Of a stretch of 64,000 nucleotides of DNA, positions 12,861 to 27,171 are shown one piece after another. The DNA is from Utricularia gibba. Lineage: Eukaryota > Plantae > Magnoliophyta. Below the pieces are notes generated by a model. That model was not told the DNA's origin. It searched no databases and was given only the letters and a program-made list of their open reading frames with translations. The first letter of the stretch is position 1. Every line of letters begins with the position of its first letter. Made by a program: the position numbers and the translations under genes. The DNA lies in the NCBI GenBank assembly GCA_002189035.1, contig CM007991.1, positions 1,736,001 to 1,800,000 of the forward strand, written 5' to 3'.

Positions 12861-15800
12861 ATGAAGCTTTTAGTTCGTGTGATTGAGGCTAAAAACATCG
12901 TGTCATTGGACCCGAGTGGATTCAGTGATCCGTATGTGAAATTGAAGTTGGGTAGACAGAAGTTCAAGAGCAGAGTTGTGAAAAAATGCTTGAATCCTTC
13001 CTGGTGTGAGGATTTCATTTTCAAGGTTGATGATTTGAAGAAAAAGCTCAAAATATCAGTTTTGGATGAGAGGTACTTCAATGACGATTGCATCGGCCAA
13101 ATAAAACTTCCAGTTAGTCATGTTTTTGAGGCCAAGGATCAGTCCCTTGGCACTGTTTGGTATCAGTTGTATCCCAGGAGCAGGAAGGCGAAGATCAAGG
13201 ACTGCGGTATGCTTCAGTTGTGTCCATCTTCTCTCGTTTAAATTGTAGCTTCAAAGATTTTGATTGTGTTTGCATGGTTGAATCACAATCTTAGATTGTT
13301 TATAGTAGTTGAATGGATGATTTTTTTATTGCAGAGTGCTTATCAGGTTGACCATGCTCTATGATAATTATAGGTGAAATTCTTCTCACAATTAGCTTCT
13401 CACAAAATATTTCAATCTTGGAGTCGTCGTCTTCGATGTTGTCGAAGCAGCATTCTGACAATTCTCAAGTTTTAGTTTCAAGATCAGAAGAAGCAACCTC
13501 CTGCAGAGAGGAAAAGATTTCTCAACAAACATTTGCTGGAAGAATTGCAAATATTTTCAATAGAAACGTCGAAACAACTTCCATAAGCTCTGATGAAGAG
13601 TCTGATGCATCAAAGGGTGGAAGTGAAACCTCATTGGATCAGGATCAACAACCTGGAGAGCTTTCGTCTGTTGGTTTTGTTGACATGATCCAATGTTTGG
13701 AAACGAGAGAACAAGAAGCTGAAGTTGATATCCCCTTAACAGGAGGAGTAGTTCTTGACCGCATATATGCAATATCACCAAGAGAGCTTAATTCATTGCT
13801 TTTTTCTCCCAACTCCAACTTTTTTAAATCTTATTTGGATATGTTGGGCTGCAATGAGTTGCTAATGGGACCTTGGAAGCTAGAAAGTGGTTGCAGCTCT
13901 CTCAAACGAGTGATATGCTACACCAAGCCTCCTTCCAAATTGGTTAGAGCTTTGAAAGCTACTGAGGAGCAAACTTACTTGAAGGCTAATGATGGAACTT
14001 ATGCAATTCTCTCTAGTGTGAGCACACCAGATGCCCCTTGTGGGAAAACATTCAAGGCGGAAGTTCTTTACTTCATAACCCCTGGTCCAGACCAGGGATC
14101 AGGAGAATTGTCCTCTAAACTTTTAGTTTCATGGCGGATTAACTTTTCTCAGAGCACAATGATGAGAAGTATGATCGAGAACGGCGCTCGACAGGGCGTA
14201 AAAGAAAGCTTTGAGCAGTATGAAAAGATGCTATCACAGACAGTTAGGCCACTTGATTGTAAAGATTCCCTCTCGGATAAAAATCAACTATTGCAAATTG
14301 CCGAGGCGGAGAACCAGTCTTTGTGGAAATCGGCTGCTCATTATTTTTTGAATGTTAATGCAGTCTCTGCTCTTTTTATGTGGTTCTGTGTGATTACACA
14401 TATATGGCTAGCAGCACCCACTGCAAATCAGGGCCTCGAGTTTGCTGGTCTGGATTTGCCTGATTCAATCAGTGAGCTTATATTATGTTTGGTATTACTG
14501 CTACAGGGAAAGCGTTTACTGGAGATTATATCTTGTTTTTTTCGAGCTAGAAGACAGAAAGGTATTCAAGTATTGTGATATTAGACAAGAACTTTCACAT
14601 GTTTGTAGAAATAAGTGATAAGCTGTTTTCCTATTGAATTTTTTATATCTCATTGTCCCAATTAACTATTTTCTTATTTGAATGTACAATTTCAACCTTG
14701 TATACTGAAGATTATAGACATTTTCTCACCTATGGCATAAATCTAGGTTGTGATCATGGAATTAAAGCACAGGGAGCAGGTTGGTTGCTCACCGTTGCTC
14801 TGATCGAAGGGAGTGATTTGGTAGCTGTTGATTCGAATGGGCCGACAAATCACTACGTTGTCTTTACCTGCAATGGAAAATCAAGAACTAGCTCTGTCAA
14901 GCTTCAGAAAGCAGAAACTCTTTGGAATGGTATCTCTTATGCACTTCATCATGATGTTCATCATGAACTAGGTGATGGTTACTTTACATGATCGTGTATG
15001 AATCTGTTCATGCAGAGATCTTTGAGTTCGATGCAGAGGATGAGCCCCCATCTACATTGGATATTGAAGTTTTTGGCTTTAGGGGGCAATTTGATGAAGC
15101 CACGAATTTTGGGCGTGCGGAAATCAATTTCTTAAGATCCAACGTTTCACATCTGTCCGATATATGGGTTCCTCTCCAAGGGCAGTTACCTCAAGCATGT
15201 CAGTCAAAGTTACATTTGAGAATATTTTTAGACAATACAAGGGGTAGCTCTGTTGTCAAGGATTATCTTGCTAAGATGGAAAAGGAAGTAGGAAAGAAGG
15301 TAAAGAAGCGTTTTTTCAGCCACTAAATATTTCATTCTTGTGTTTTTTATCCCCTCTTACCCTTGAATGGTTTTGTTTCCCAGATAAAGTTGCGCTCACC
15401 TCAGACGAATTCAGCTTTTCAGAAGCTGTTTGGGTTGCCTCCAGAGGAGTTTCTTATCAATCACTTCACTTGTCACCTGAAACGAAAAATGCCTCTGCAG
15501 GTGGAGCATTGGAGAATTTATATTACAACTCTATTTTATCTTTTATTGCTGGAAAGGGGTGGTAATGATTGGTTCATCTATTGTGTGTATCAGGGTCGTC
15601 TGTTTCTGTCGACACGAATGGTTGGTTTCCATGCAGATCTTTTTGGTCACAAGACCAAGTTTTTCTTCATGTGGGAAGATATTGAAGGCATTCAAGTTAC
15701 TCCTCCAACTCTATCATCAATGGGAAGCCCGATAATTGTCATGACTCTCAGGCCAGGCCGAGGATTCGATGCACGACATGGGGCACGAAAGCTGGACTCA

Positions 15801-16836
15801 GAAGGAAGGCTCAACTTCCTTTTCCATAGCTTTGTGTCATTCAGTGTAGCACAAAGGTGCGTGCTCAAGGTTCTACAACGTGTTCCCTGTCAATTATGTG
15901 GTCAACTTTTGCCCATTTTTCTCCTCCTTGCCTTGAAGAACAATCATGGCGCTGTGGAAGTCAAAAGTCTCGACAGTTGAACCAAAGACTCAGATAGCAG
16001 AGGATGAATCTGATGCCAATGTTACTGCTGAAGATGAGTCTGGAAGTGAAGAGGTTGATGCCAAGAGCCAGCCAGCCCAGGAGAAGGAAATGGATGAAAC
16101 GAAGTCGTTTCTCACCTCCAAGAATACAGCCATGTCTACCCTGTATTCTTCAACTTTACCTCTTCCTGTGAGTATCATCACCCTTCTACTACCTTCACTC
16201 AAAACAAGAAGAAAAGACACCACACTTACATGTCTTTCTTTGGCGGTTCTTTTCTGTCATTCCAGACCGCATTCTTCATGGAGCTCTTCAATGGGAGAGA
16301 AACCGAGCAAAGAGCCATGGAAAGAACTGGATGCCTTAACTACACACACACCCCATGGGAATCCGAAAAGCAGGATGTTCACCAAAGACAAGTGCATTAC
16401 ACATTCGACAAACTCATGTACAACTGCAAAGAACAAGTGTCAAGCATCCAACAGAAGTCCCTCCTCTCTGGACCCGCAACCGGGTGGTTCATCGAAGAGG
16501 CCATGTCTCTCCCCCAAGCCCGACTCTCCGAGTATTTCACCGTACTGTCCCAATCTTCACTCCTGGTATAAATCTTTTCCACTTCACCTCACGGTAGCTA
16601 ACCATCTGTCCGTTTTTTGTTTGCAGATTCGTTTACATTATCACGTTGAAGATCTAGCGGCCAACCCCGTAGGCTGTAGTGTCAGAATATACCTGGGAAT
16701 TGCATGGTCGAAGCACCCGTTAAACCATAGGAAGATAGCGAAGAGAATCAAGACCAATACCAAGAAGCGCATCAAGATCATGCTGGGTGTACTGGAGAAG
16801 GAATATTCCTCGCGGCCACAGACAGCCAACATATAG
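12861..16836 (+). CDS. C2 and GRAM domain-containing protein (C2-VASt-C2-GRAM-VASt), 9 exons, 1031 aa
   Basis: Exons 12861-13206, 13374-14561, 14747-14929, 15016-15299, 15384-15500, 15594-15856, 15939-16167, 16266-16541 and 16627-16836 total 3096 nt with consistent phases. Motifs: MKLLVRVIEAKN...SDPYVKLKLG (C2), NSAFQKLFGLPPEEFLINHFTCHLKRKMPLQGRLFLS (GRAM). Confidence 0.93.
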
Positions 16837-17965
16837 TTTGTTGTGTAATGATAGCCAATTATTTGGTTTTATAAACATGTATCCACAAGTATAATTTCAT
16901 CAAATCACTATACAAATATTAAAAGAATATTCTTAAATTATCCAAATATAAAATTATGTTCTTTGGTTTTAATGATAATGTTTGGAAGATGTTTCATAAA
17001 ACATCATTTAATTCTTGATATTTTCATCTTTTTTTCTATAGTAAGATTAAAATTTCGTTAATTTTTAAAAAATATGTATAAATACAAATAAAAACATTAA
17101 AAGTACAGGATAATAGATTATCAAGATGAATTATTCGTTTTGAATATGTAATTTTTCATTATTTTAATTCTTTGTTTCTGTAAAAAAAATTCATGCAACA
17201 TTAGATAATATTGCTTTATGTAAACTTTTTTTCTATATTGATGTGATATTCGATTAAAGTATTTTTACATCTATATATGTGTAAGGTACTTGAAGGTGTA
17301 TAACGAATATCAAAAGATTATGAGGACTGGGTTGTAAATTAATACATTCAAATGGTTTGAAAACTACCTTTTTCTTTTTTATATATATGTAAGAAATCAG
17401 TAATCATTGGGTGTTGCCAATTGCGATGCGCCAGCTGAAGCGAAAAGGAATTTCAAAAACGCACAACGTGTAGCGTAGAGTCGACGCGGGACGAATCTCT
17501 ATGTTGGGCCCCATTCATCCGCTCCATTATGATAATTCTTTTTAGCTCATAAGCTTTTAAAATGGCTCGGCTCGGCTAGCTTCATTATTTTCTATTATAG
17601 CAGCCGTATGCCGTTTCATCATCATCCTGTCTTTTTTTATTGGAGTACATAGCAATCTAAAATCCTATAAAAAAAAGTCAATATATTTAGTGTACTCAGT
17701 GCGGCTGATGTGTAAGTAAACTGTCCTAATTGAGACATTCGGTAGCATATTAAAATGAAAATGAGAGAACCAATATACATATGATAAAGTGTGATTAGTA
17801 TATGAATTTGAGTTAAATAAGCCGCCGGTAAGCCGAAGATGAAGCTCACTCGGCGCGAGTCAACGGTAAAGTACGGAGGGATAAATAAATAAATAAATAA
17901 AATTTTACCTTGCCCTACAAAAAAGATAGTTTAATTGTTCTCCGGAATGTACAACCGTCGCCTTC

Positions 17966-17973
17966 TATATAAA
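17966..17973 (+). promoter_or_regulatory. TATA box of the ADF gene
   Basis: TATATAAA lies about 90 nt upstream of the ADF ATG and is followed by a CT-rich leader. Confidence 0.6.
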
Positions 17974-18056
17974 TTCCCTCTCTTTCTTGTTGTTCGCAAA
18001 TAAGCATCACCTCACCTGGTCGTTCATCGTCTTCTTCGTTTCCGTTAGCGTGTCAA

Positions 18057-19081
18057 ATGGTGAGTTTCCTCTGAATAACTTCTTCTGCCATCTTGTTCTT
18101 TTTGCGGTGTTTTTCAGGTTCTTAATCCGCTTTTTTTGTTCGATCTGCGTCGTTGATTCTCGTATAATTATGTTTGGTTGGATTCGATCGGCTGGAAAAT
18201 CTGGTGGTTGAGCGGATTGCTGCTCGCCTCTCAGGATGAGTCCTTGATGCGGCTCTGTTGATTTCGATTTGTTATCGTTTTACTGCCTCCAGTTTTTTGG
18301 AGTTTCTTTGGTTCTCTTTGGCCATGGAGTGATATATGTATCTTTTTTTAGTCTGATGTGACTGAAACTAGAAAGATTTGTAGCATATGAATACAGAATT
18401 AACTTGTAAAAATTCGGTGGTTTGACTTTCTAGTCCTGGTGGTTTTCAGTGGACGTGAAAGATGGATACTTCAGTTCTTTACGGACTTTTCTATCTCCGT
18501 TGTGTTTTTATGCATCGATGCTTGCTAACCAAGATCAATCGTAACAATGGTTTTGGCATTGATTTTCTTTTGTTTGTTAGGCGAATGCAGCATCTGGGAT
18601 AGCTGTGAACGATGAGTGCAAGTTGAGGTTCTTGGAACTGAAAGCAAAAAGGACATACCGATTCATTATCTTTAAGATCGAGGAGAAACAAAAGCAGGTT
18701 GTTGTTGAAAAAGTCGGTGAGCCTGCCAATGGTTATGAGGACTTCGCTGCAAGTCTTCCTACGGATGAGTGTCGCTATGCTGTCTATGATTTCGACTTTG
18801 TTACCGTAGAAAATTGCCAGAAAAGCAGAATTTTCTTCATCGCTTGGTATTTTCTGCTTCATTTTGCATTTGCATTTATCCTTTCATTCCATTTACCGTT
18901 GTACTCACCTTACTCATTTCCCATTATAAGGTCCCCTGATACGTCGAGGATCAGGAACAAAATGATCTACGCAAGTTCAAAGGACCGATTTAAGAGAGAG
19001 TTGGATGGGATTCAAGTTGAACTGCAAGCAACTGATCCAACAGAAATGGGCCTTGATGTTATCAAGAGCCGTGCCAATTGA
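18057..19081 (+). CDS. ADF: Actin-depolymerizing factor (subclass I type), 139 aa
   Basis: Exon 1 is the ATG alone (18057-18059), followed by a 521-nt intron, then exons 18581-18846 and 18931-19081 (420 nt total). The protein reads [25 protein letters not shown]...[50 protein letters not shown]. An ATG-only first exon is the typical plant ADF structure. Confidence 0.97.
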
Positions 19082-19523
19082 GCATATTGTTTGTTATTTG
19101 CTTCGTAGTGATTTCCTTTCCTTTGTGAAACAGATGCTTTCATCTTGTGGGAATTGTAGACATGGGTGCTACTTGTTCACTTTAAGCTCAGTTATACTGT
19201 GTCAGTTACAGTGAAAGTCAATGCGTGTCTGGCATATGGTGCTACTCTTTCCATTAATATTTAATCACCTCGTGTCTTAAAGCTGCTCATTTAGCTCATA
19301 GCTTGAGTCACTTTGATTGTGTAGTGTTGCCATTATGTGAATGAAGTCTTTTTTTAAAGCTTTGCTTCCAGATATATACCTGAAAAATACACCTCCTGAG
19401 CTTGGCACTACACCTTAGTCATCTACTCTGTTTCAAACAGATTCATGAATCAGCGCAAAAGAAGGGATGATTATTTCACATGGAGTCTTCAAGTACTCTA
19501 TGAACTCCATCTACTTTTAAAAT

Positions 19524-22250
19524 TCACAAGTATTCAATTTCTCTCCTCTCCTGATCCACTTCACTCTGTGTATTTTGAGATTGTACCACTAGCACTGAAC
19601 AGGTGATCCCTTGCCCTGATGATGCCAACAGATCTCCAGCTCGTCCCAGCTCCGATTGCTCCACTGCCGGCCCTTTGCCAACAACAATCAGGCTGTAGCC
19701 TCCGCTCCTCCCGATCGCCAGCAGCTCATTTTCCAAATCCGCACCTGAATTCTCAAGTATCTCTACTCTGCCTTCCCATGTCGTTCTGAACTCGTTTATT
19801 GAGCTCTCATCTTGTTCCTGATAAAGAAGAATCATGTAGGTGAGTCACGAATTCAATTTCCAAGTGTCTGTTTAAAGCTTTTGATTTACCATGTCAACAG
19901 GAGTGATGGAATTGGTGGATCCATGTCTGAACCTCATCAGCACAAGCTTCACCCCTTGCTTCTCTGCCATTCTTCCTCCTAATTCCAAAGCTTTCCGATC
20001 ATCACGTCCCCCGAAGAAGATCAAGCACACATTCTCCGACTCCATCTCTGCTCGGCCACCGCGGTCGATCAGCACCGCCACCGTGCAGCCTGCCTCCTTC
20101 AACACCATCTCATTCACCCTTTTCCATCCATGGCCCACCATCTCCACCTCCTCCTCCCCACCAGTTCTCGTCATCCACCGTTTATGAAACGGGAGCAGGA
20201 TCATCCCCACATTGTTCTCACTCGCCACTTGGCAAACATCCTCATGCATCGTCTCCAACGGCGATACGGCGGTTGCAATCATGATCCTCGCCCGCCCAAC
20301 TTCGCCGTAGGCTGCGAACGCCGATGACAAATGGTCGTGGATCTCACCCGGACCTCTGCTGCCGAGACAGTTGATAGCAGGGGAGGTGGAAGAATTTCTT
20401 CTCCACCGCCGAAACTTCATTATGGACGAGGAGCGGTCAGTGAGCTGTGCAAGGTGCATGATGTAGAGCTTAAGTCTAGCAGATTTAAAGGTGGGGCGAG
20501 TCAGCTCAATGAGGTGGATGAGCGAGGATGCGTCATCTGGGCCGTGGACGCACGCAAGGACGTTGAGTTCGTCGGAGAATCCCACCGGAGGCACCGGTTT
20601 GCCGTCGTTGCCGACCTTGGAGGAGGGCTTGTAGATGGTCATCACTAAGGGAGTCGTCATGAACGTTGTGAAGATGGCCATTATCACTAGTATAGTGAAT
20701 GATGCTTCACTCAGAACCTAAATGAAACACATTTCTAGTTAACATACCCCATTTTTTATATGGCCTTGTTATTTGAAACAGATAGAAAGACTAACCTTGT
20801 CTTCCCTGCCAATGTTGAGAACAATGAGCTCCACCAATCCTTTGGTGTTCATCAAAATTCCAAGTGTTAGAGATTCCCTTGCCGGAAACTTGAAGAGCAG
20901 CGCCACGACGAAGGTTCCGATTATTTTCCCGGCGCACGCGACGGCGATTGCTAGCACCAGAAGCTCCACATCACGGACGTTGCTGATTTTGGTTACGTCG
21001 GTTTTCAGTCCACTGGAAGCGAAGTACAAAGGTAGCAATAAGCAGGAGACGAAGTCTTCTATCTTCTCGGTGAGTTTCGCAGCAAACTCTCCTTCTTTTG
21101 GTATCGTTAACCCGAACACGAAGCCACCGAAAATAACATGGATTCCGATCAAATCCGTCATGAACGCCGACGCTAGCAGACCGGCGAGTGTGAGGCAGAT
21201 GAAGGGCTCTTCGGCGGCGGTGTTGGAGCACTTCCGCGCTCCCCATCGCATCGCCGGCTTCACCACCAACATCAGGAAAGCCACGAATGCGACAGAGGAG
21301 AGGAGGATCCATGCAGGGGTCGCCGGACTTCTCTTTGATCCTTGGCCGTTGCCTAGTGGATAGAAGCACCGTAAAGAAAACATGATACTTCTCTTTGTAA
21401 GAATAAACTAATCCAACGTCCCAATATGTTATTGGATTATGAGAGATTTGAGTGATTCAAATGCAAGCCAACGAAATAAATGCATACCGGCAAGGGAGAC
21501 GACGATAGCCAGAAAAACCCAGGCAGCGACGTCGTTCAGAGCGGCGGCCGCCATGGCTGTCTCTCCGATGCGGGTAGTGAGAAGTTTGAGCTCCGCGAGC
21601 ATACGAGCCAGCACCGGGAAAGCGGTTATGCATATCGCGACCCCCATGAAAACGGTGTAAACCGCGTAACTGACTTTAGTGTTGGCGTCAACGGTTCGAT
21701 ACAACACGGCGGCGAGAACGGCCCCCAGCCCGAAAGTGCACGCTATCCCGGTCCCCCCGATAACGGCCGCGCCGCGACCACTCCGCCGTATGGCCGACAT
21801 ATCGAGCTCGATCCCCACCAGGAAGAGGAAGAAAACGAGCCCCATGTTAGCGACGGATCCCAAGATCGGAGTACTCCAACTCGGAAAAACCGCTTGCTTG
21901 AACGCCGGGATCCGTCCCAAGGCCGACGGTCCCAGCAATATCCCACCCTGCACAACCCAAAAACCAACAAAATTATATCACACAGAGTTTAGATCCAACG
22001 AATCCATGTGTCGGATTCGGAACCAAGAATTGCAAAAAACAGCTGAGATGATGAAACTCTCTTATAATACCAGTATTTCTGCAACCACTCTTGGCTGACG
22101 AAGGGGCCGGAAGAAGAAGGCCAAGGTTCTGGAGACGGCGAGGATGAGGAGTATTTGAACAATGAGCAAGGGGAAGGCACAGTGCAGAGGGTCGTCTCCA
22201 AGCAGAACTCCATTGGAGGTCGTGGCGATGGAAGTTATGTTCACAGCCAT
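19524..22250 (-). CDS. CHX20: Cation/H+ antiporter, CHX20-like, 5 exons, 772 aa
   Basis: Exons 22250-22071, 21947-21488, 21352-20796, 20717-19890 and 19817-19524 total 2319 nt in frame. Motifs: [14 protein letters not shown]...[67 protein letters not shown]. Confidence 0.9.
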
Positions 22251-23269
22251 GACCCAAAAGCAAACAAGGAACACAAACAACACAAAATTGAATCGACTAA
22301 TACACTACATCCAAAGCCACAACCACTTTACTTCATCGCCTCCTCAATCATGTAAGAAGCCTAACAACACCAAACCAGTCACACAGAGTGAGTTTTAGTG
22401 ATGATGAAATGGGCATAAAACCGCATAGAGAAGACCTGTACAACTACAGATAACTTCTCTACTTGGCTACTAATAAAAACCCTGAACTCAAAACATCCTG
22501 GAGCAGTGGATCAGCTGGAACTCCCGGGAGCTGTAGTATTATAACGAAACTGCATTGAAAAGTATCCATCCCTCTGGTGTTGAATTTTCCTTTTCTTTTT
22601 GTAAGCAATAAATGAAAATCTGATGCTTTTGGAAATTGTGGAAGATATGGGTGACAAAAAGAATGCAGTAGTCCCGTGATCCCCCGCCAATGAATGAAAC
22701 GGAATAACACGGTGTGAACTATTGACCTTTTGGCCCTTCACAATTAGTCCAAGTCAACACAATTGATCTCGTGTTTTTTTTTTCATACTCGGGCTAGTGG
22801 GATGTGGTAATTGATTTTAAAAAATGATGAATTTGTTATAATTAATTGAATCGTATTTAATAATAATTAATTATGATTTAAAATATTTGAAAAATATAAA
22901 TTATCATTTAAATAGATTGAACCCATTCTCCAATTTAATTATCAATATATATATATATTTTAAAAACTGACTAAACTCATAATAATTTTATATGAATTTA
23001 AAATTATTATTACACCGGATAATCGTTTTTTTTTTCTTTATTTTTACCCTGAAATTTAATACCACCGGATATATTTTTAAATTGACCATCTTGTTCAAAA
23101 TATATTATTTGGAGGATTTTATTATTTTATAATTATGTAAAATAGAATATGAAGTATTTTTAAGGCTCGGAAGTTGGAATGAGACCGGCCTGTGAAGTTA
23201 CTTGAACACCCTTGACTGGGTTTAGGGTTACCGAGTACGCGCCGTAAAATCTGGACCGCTTGTGTTGGT

Positions 23270-23518
23270 TTCAACGGTCATTTTTTAGGCCGCTGAAGAT
23301 TTTTGTCGAACCGGGCCGGTGAAAAACAGTGCCGTTCCAGGTTCAAACTTTTATGTCCCTAACGGTCACGCTCACGCCGTCAGTGAACCGTCAGTTTTCC
23401 CTACGAAAAACCAACCACTTCTAACGGGGCCGTAGCACACCCTCGTCACAAGTATTCGTTACAATGCCCTCAGAACAGAAAATAAATAAAAAAATAAACT
23501 ATTTTTTTTAATTAACGG
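23270..23518. promoter_or_regulatory. Cluster of MSA (mitosis-specific activator) AACGG elements upstream of MYB3R
   Basis: AACGG occurs at 23273, 23361 (CCTAACGGTC, full YCYAACGGYY match), 23423 and 23514, and as CCGTT at 23332. Confidence 0.6.
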
Positions 23519-23961
23519 AAAATATTCGGTCTCATCGCCTCGGAAAGGCTTCGGTTTCCTCTTGCCGAATTCGGCGGTTTTTCTTCTAAGGGATAAAAGG
23601 TTTTGGTGGCGCTTGATTCTCAAACTGGGAGAATTTTTCGGCCTATTGAATTATTGTGAGTATTTTTTATTCGAGGTTTCTATGTTTGTTTACATCAACT
23701 GTTTGATTTGTTTGCTTTTTTTTTCTTTTTAGTTCTGTTCTTGTTAAATGATGTGTATGTGGTTTTTTTAGTCTCGTTTCATGAATGGGCCGTTTTTATT
23801 GTTGGTGTTGATTTTTGCTTTTTTAGATCTACAAGTGGCCTGGTGTTGATCATTGGCATTTTGTTGCAATAATTTTGAAGTTAGTATCATTTTTTTTTTG
23901 GAATGGTGAATTTTGGAAACAGGGAGTTTTGGGGCCACTGACAGCTGATGAACAGCTGCTG

Positions 23962-26900
23962 ATGGCCGAGGTAAAGTATGATGATTTTTACCTCGATAGA
24001 AAGGAACTGGCTGGCAGTTTTAGCTCGTCTGTTTCGGAGAATAGTAGCCTGCTCAAATCACCAGGGATAAGTAGTCCTACAAGTACTTCTCCCTCACGAA
24101 GGTATCAAGTTTATCTACTTATACAAGCATCCATAGCTTTGATTGACTCCTTATAGTTTGTATTATATTTTTAAATCAGTATTTTCATGTGTTTCAAATT
24201 CCATGTGGACTACCGTATGCCATTGATAGTTGCTCATTGCATCCTGTTTGCAGGGCCTTAAGTAGGTTAATCTTGTTTCATTTTTTATGTGAACTAAGCT
24301 AGGTGTTCAGATTCGATGGAAGATTTTGGAGCGCTATCTTCTTATTTGGCATATGGGATCATTTGATGCCATTATTTCATTCAATGTAACTTGATTCATA
24401 TCTATTTAGTGATCTACATGTTTGCAATGAAGAATCGTCCTGGCTTGTGGTTATCGTAATGCTTGGTGTAGCTATATTGATTTGGGATTTCCATTTAGAA
24501 CATCAGATTACTTTTAAATACACTCTCCCGTAAGCATGTAAAAAGAATCGCATATAGTTTCATGTTTTATGATAAAAGCTGCTTCTTTACATCTGCAGAA
24601 GAGCCACAGGTCCAATTCGAAGAGCAAAAGGAGGTTGGACCCCTGAGGAGGTAGGATTTTCAGTGATTATCTATGTTGCTGCATATTCATTCACACTGGT
24701 TTAAAAAAATAATTAAAAAATGCAAACTTGGCAGATGATATTCAGTGACTTTCGAAGAGTGTATACATAAATTTAGTATGACATATTGCTGTCTCTATAG
24801 GATGATACGTTGAAAAAAGCAGTTGAAGCATTTCGTGGGAAGAGTTGGAAGAAAATAGGTATCAACTACACCTGATTCGTTCATAATTATGCTCCATGTA
24901 CTAAGACTAGACTATAATCATGCAGCGGAATTCTTTCCCGATAGATCAGAAGTGCAGTGTTTGCACCGGTGGCAAAAGGTTCTGAATCCAGAGCTAATTA
25001 AAGGTCCTTGGACTCAAGAGGTAGTTCTCTGTTGGTGTAGTTCATTTTTGTAATTATTCAGTCAGATTGAATGCATTTTCTTGAATGGAAGATACAATTG
25101 CTTTTGCAGGAAGATGATAAAATCAGGGAACTGGTAACTAAGTATGGTCCAACAAAGTGGTCTATCATAGCAAAATCATTGCCTGGTCGTATCGGGAAAC
25201 AGTGCCGAGAAAGGTAATATTTCCGTAGTATTTTGGAAATATTGCACATCATGAAGATATAGTAGATATGATATTGATTATCTAACGCTTTACTTTAGCT
25301 TCAGAATCACCAAGATTGTGAATGCACTGGCTATGGTTGTTATGTGTTGCAAGTATATGATATTTATTAGGAGTTCCATTGTTTTTCAACGTATTCTGGT
25401 TTTCTATTTGTTTGTGCTGTACCTATGTGTTCTTCAGACAGGGAAAAGGCTTTTAGCAAACGATTTTAGTTCTAGTTTTATTTACTGAAGTATTTTCTGT
25501 TAAATCTAAGTTGGTTTCTTAGTTCATTATACCAAGTGTTTGGGTTGAAACGTTGCTATTTCTGTAACTCTCAGGTGGCACAATCACTTAAATCCTCATA
25601 TTAAGAAGGACGCTTGGAGTCTGGATGAGGAGCTTACCTTGCTTAGTGCTCATCGTATACATGGTAATAAGTGGGCTGAATTAGCAAAACTTTTACCTGG
25701 AAGGTACTATTTCTACCCATCACAATATGGTACTGTTGAAATAACAGAGTTGCATAATGTGAGCAATTTGAATGAAAATTAGTTTATTATCATATGCTCT
25801 ATCTAGAATTAATTTTGATCACAAAAAAAAGAATTATTTTTTGATAATCTTACAAAAAAAGCATTAGGTTTGCAAAAATAAAAATAAAAAGTTTCATGAT
25901 TTTTGAGAGACTTAAATCACGGGCAAAAGCTATGTTGGTAAGGTTGCTCATGGTCAGATATATAAGTGGAATGAAGATTTTGACAACTTTACCTAGTTAT
26001 CGGGATAAAGCGCACGAAGTTCCTTTTTTGTTACAGAAATATATTTTCTAGGTTATGATTAGGTGTTTCAGAAAAATACGGCATTCAGACAACTATTCAC
26101 TGTGCATTTGCCAGAAGGCTGAGAGTTGCTTTCGATTTTTACAGGACAGACAATGCAATTAAGAATCACTGGAATAGCTCTCTCAAGAAGAAACTGGATT
26201 TCTATCTGGCTACTGGTAACCTTCCTCAAGATTCCAAAAATGTTCACCAAAATGGTGTTGAGGATACACTCAGGAGGGCGGCTCTGTTGGGAGAACCACT
26301 CGTTTCTTCAAAAGATGAAGCTTCAGGTGAAATTTCTGATGCTTGTAAAGTTGGAAAACTTGGAACAGTGTCGACATTTCATGATTCTATGTCCCATCAC
26401 CCAAGTACGGTCATGCTCCCTGACTCATCTACGCGTAGAGAGCTATCTTTGAATTCAGAGGATACTCTCACGGGTTATGTATACTCGTCTGAGAAACGTG
26501 GTATATGTGGTGAAGTTGATCAAAGTTGCATGGAAAGAGCATTGGTTAATAATGGTGTTTCACCTTATGGGACATTATACTATGAGCCACCTACTTTAGA
26601 CAACTGCAACATCCAACACTCAAATTTGCCAAGTACTTCTATGATGCAGTCTGGAGAGGATATTGATCCAGAAACACCTCCTTCAGGTTTCTTTACACCA
26701 CCAAGTGGAAAAGGAAGAAGCTTATTTGCTCAAACACCTGAATCCCTTCTCCGGATGGCTGCAAAAAGCTTTCAAGATACTCCTTCCATTATTAGAAAGC
26801 GAAAGTCTGAGCAGTTACCCAAGGAGAATGCTGTATGTAGTGCTGAGCTTCAGCACAATAATAGTTCTCAGAACCCATGTAATGCTGATCTTCAGCACAA

Positions 26901-27171
26901 TAGCAGCTCTGAGAATAGTGAGTTGCAGAGAAATGCTTTATCATTGGATCGAAATATGGACGATGGGTTAAGCAGCAGCAAGTCATTCAATTTGTCCCCT
27001 TTATACCGCTTGAATTTCAAAAGAACTTTAGTCATAAAGTCTGTCGAGAAGCAGCTTGATTTTACCAATGACATGAACCAGGATTGTTCTGATGATGATG
27101 TTAGGTATGAGAAAGTGGACCAAGCCGCCCCTGTAACGAAGTATGTATACTCACGCAAAAAACGGCGATAA
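23962..27171 (+). CDS. MYB3R: Three-repeat MYB transcription factor, MYB3R3/5 (repressor-type) like, 7 exons
   Basis: Exons 23962-24101, 24599-24650, 24801-24858, 24926-25020, 25110-25213, 25575-25703 and 26145-27171 are all phase-consistent. Motifs: ATGPIRRAKGGWTPEED (R1), LIKGPWTQEED (R2), IKKDAWSLDEE (R3), TPESLLRMAAKSFQDTPSIIRKRK. Confidence 0.93.

Noticed and set aside
19891-22098. Several 100-200-aa plus-strand ORFs over CHX20
   Set aside because: These are antisense shadows of GC-rich coding exons, where stop codons are scarce.
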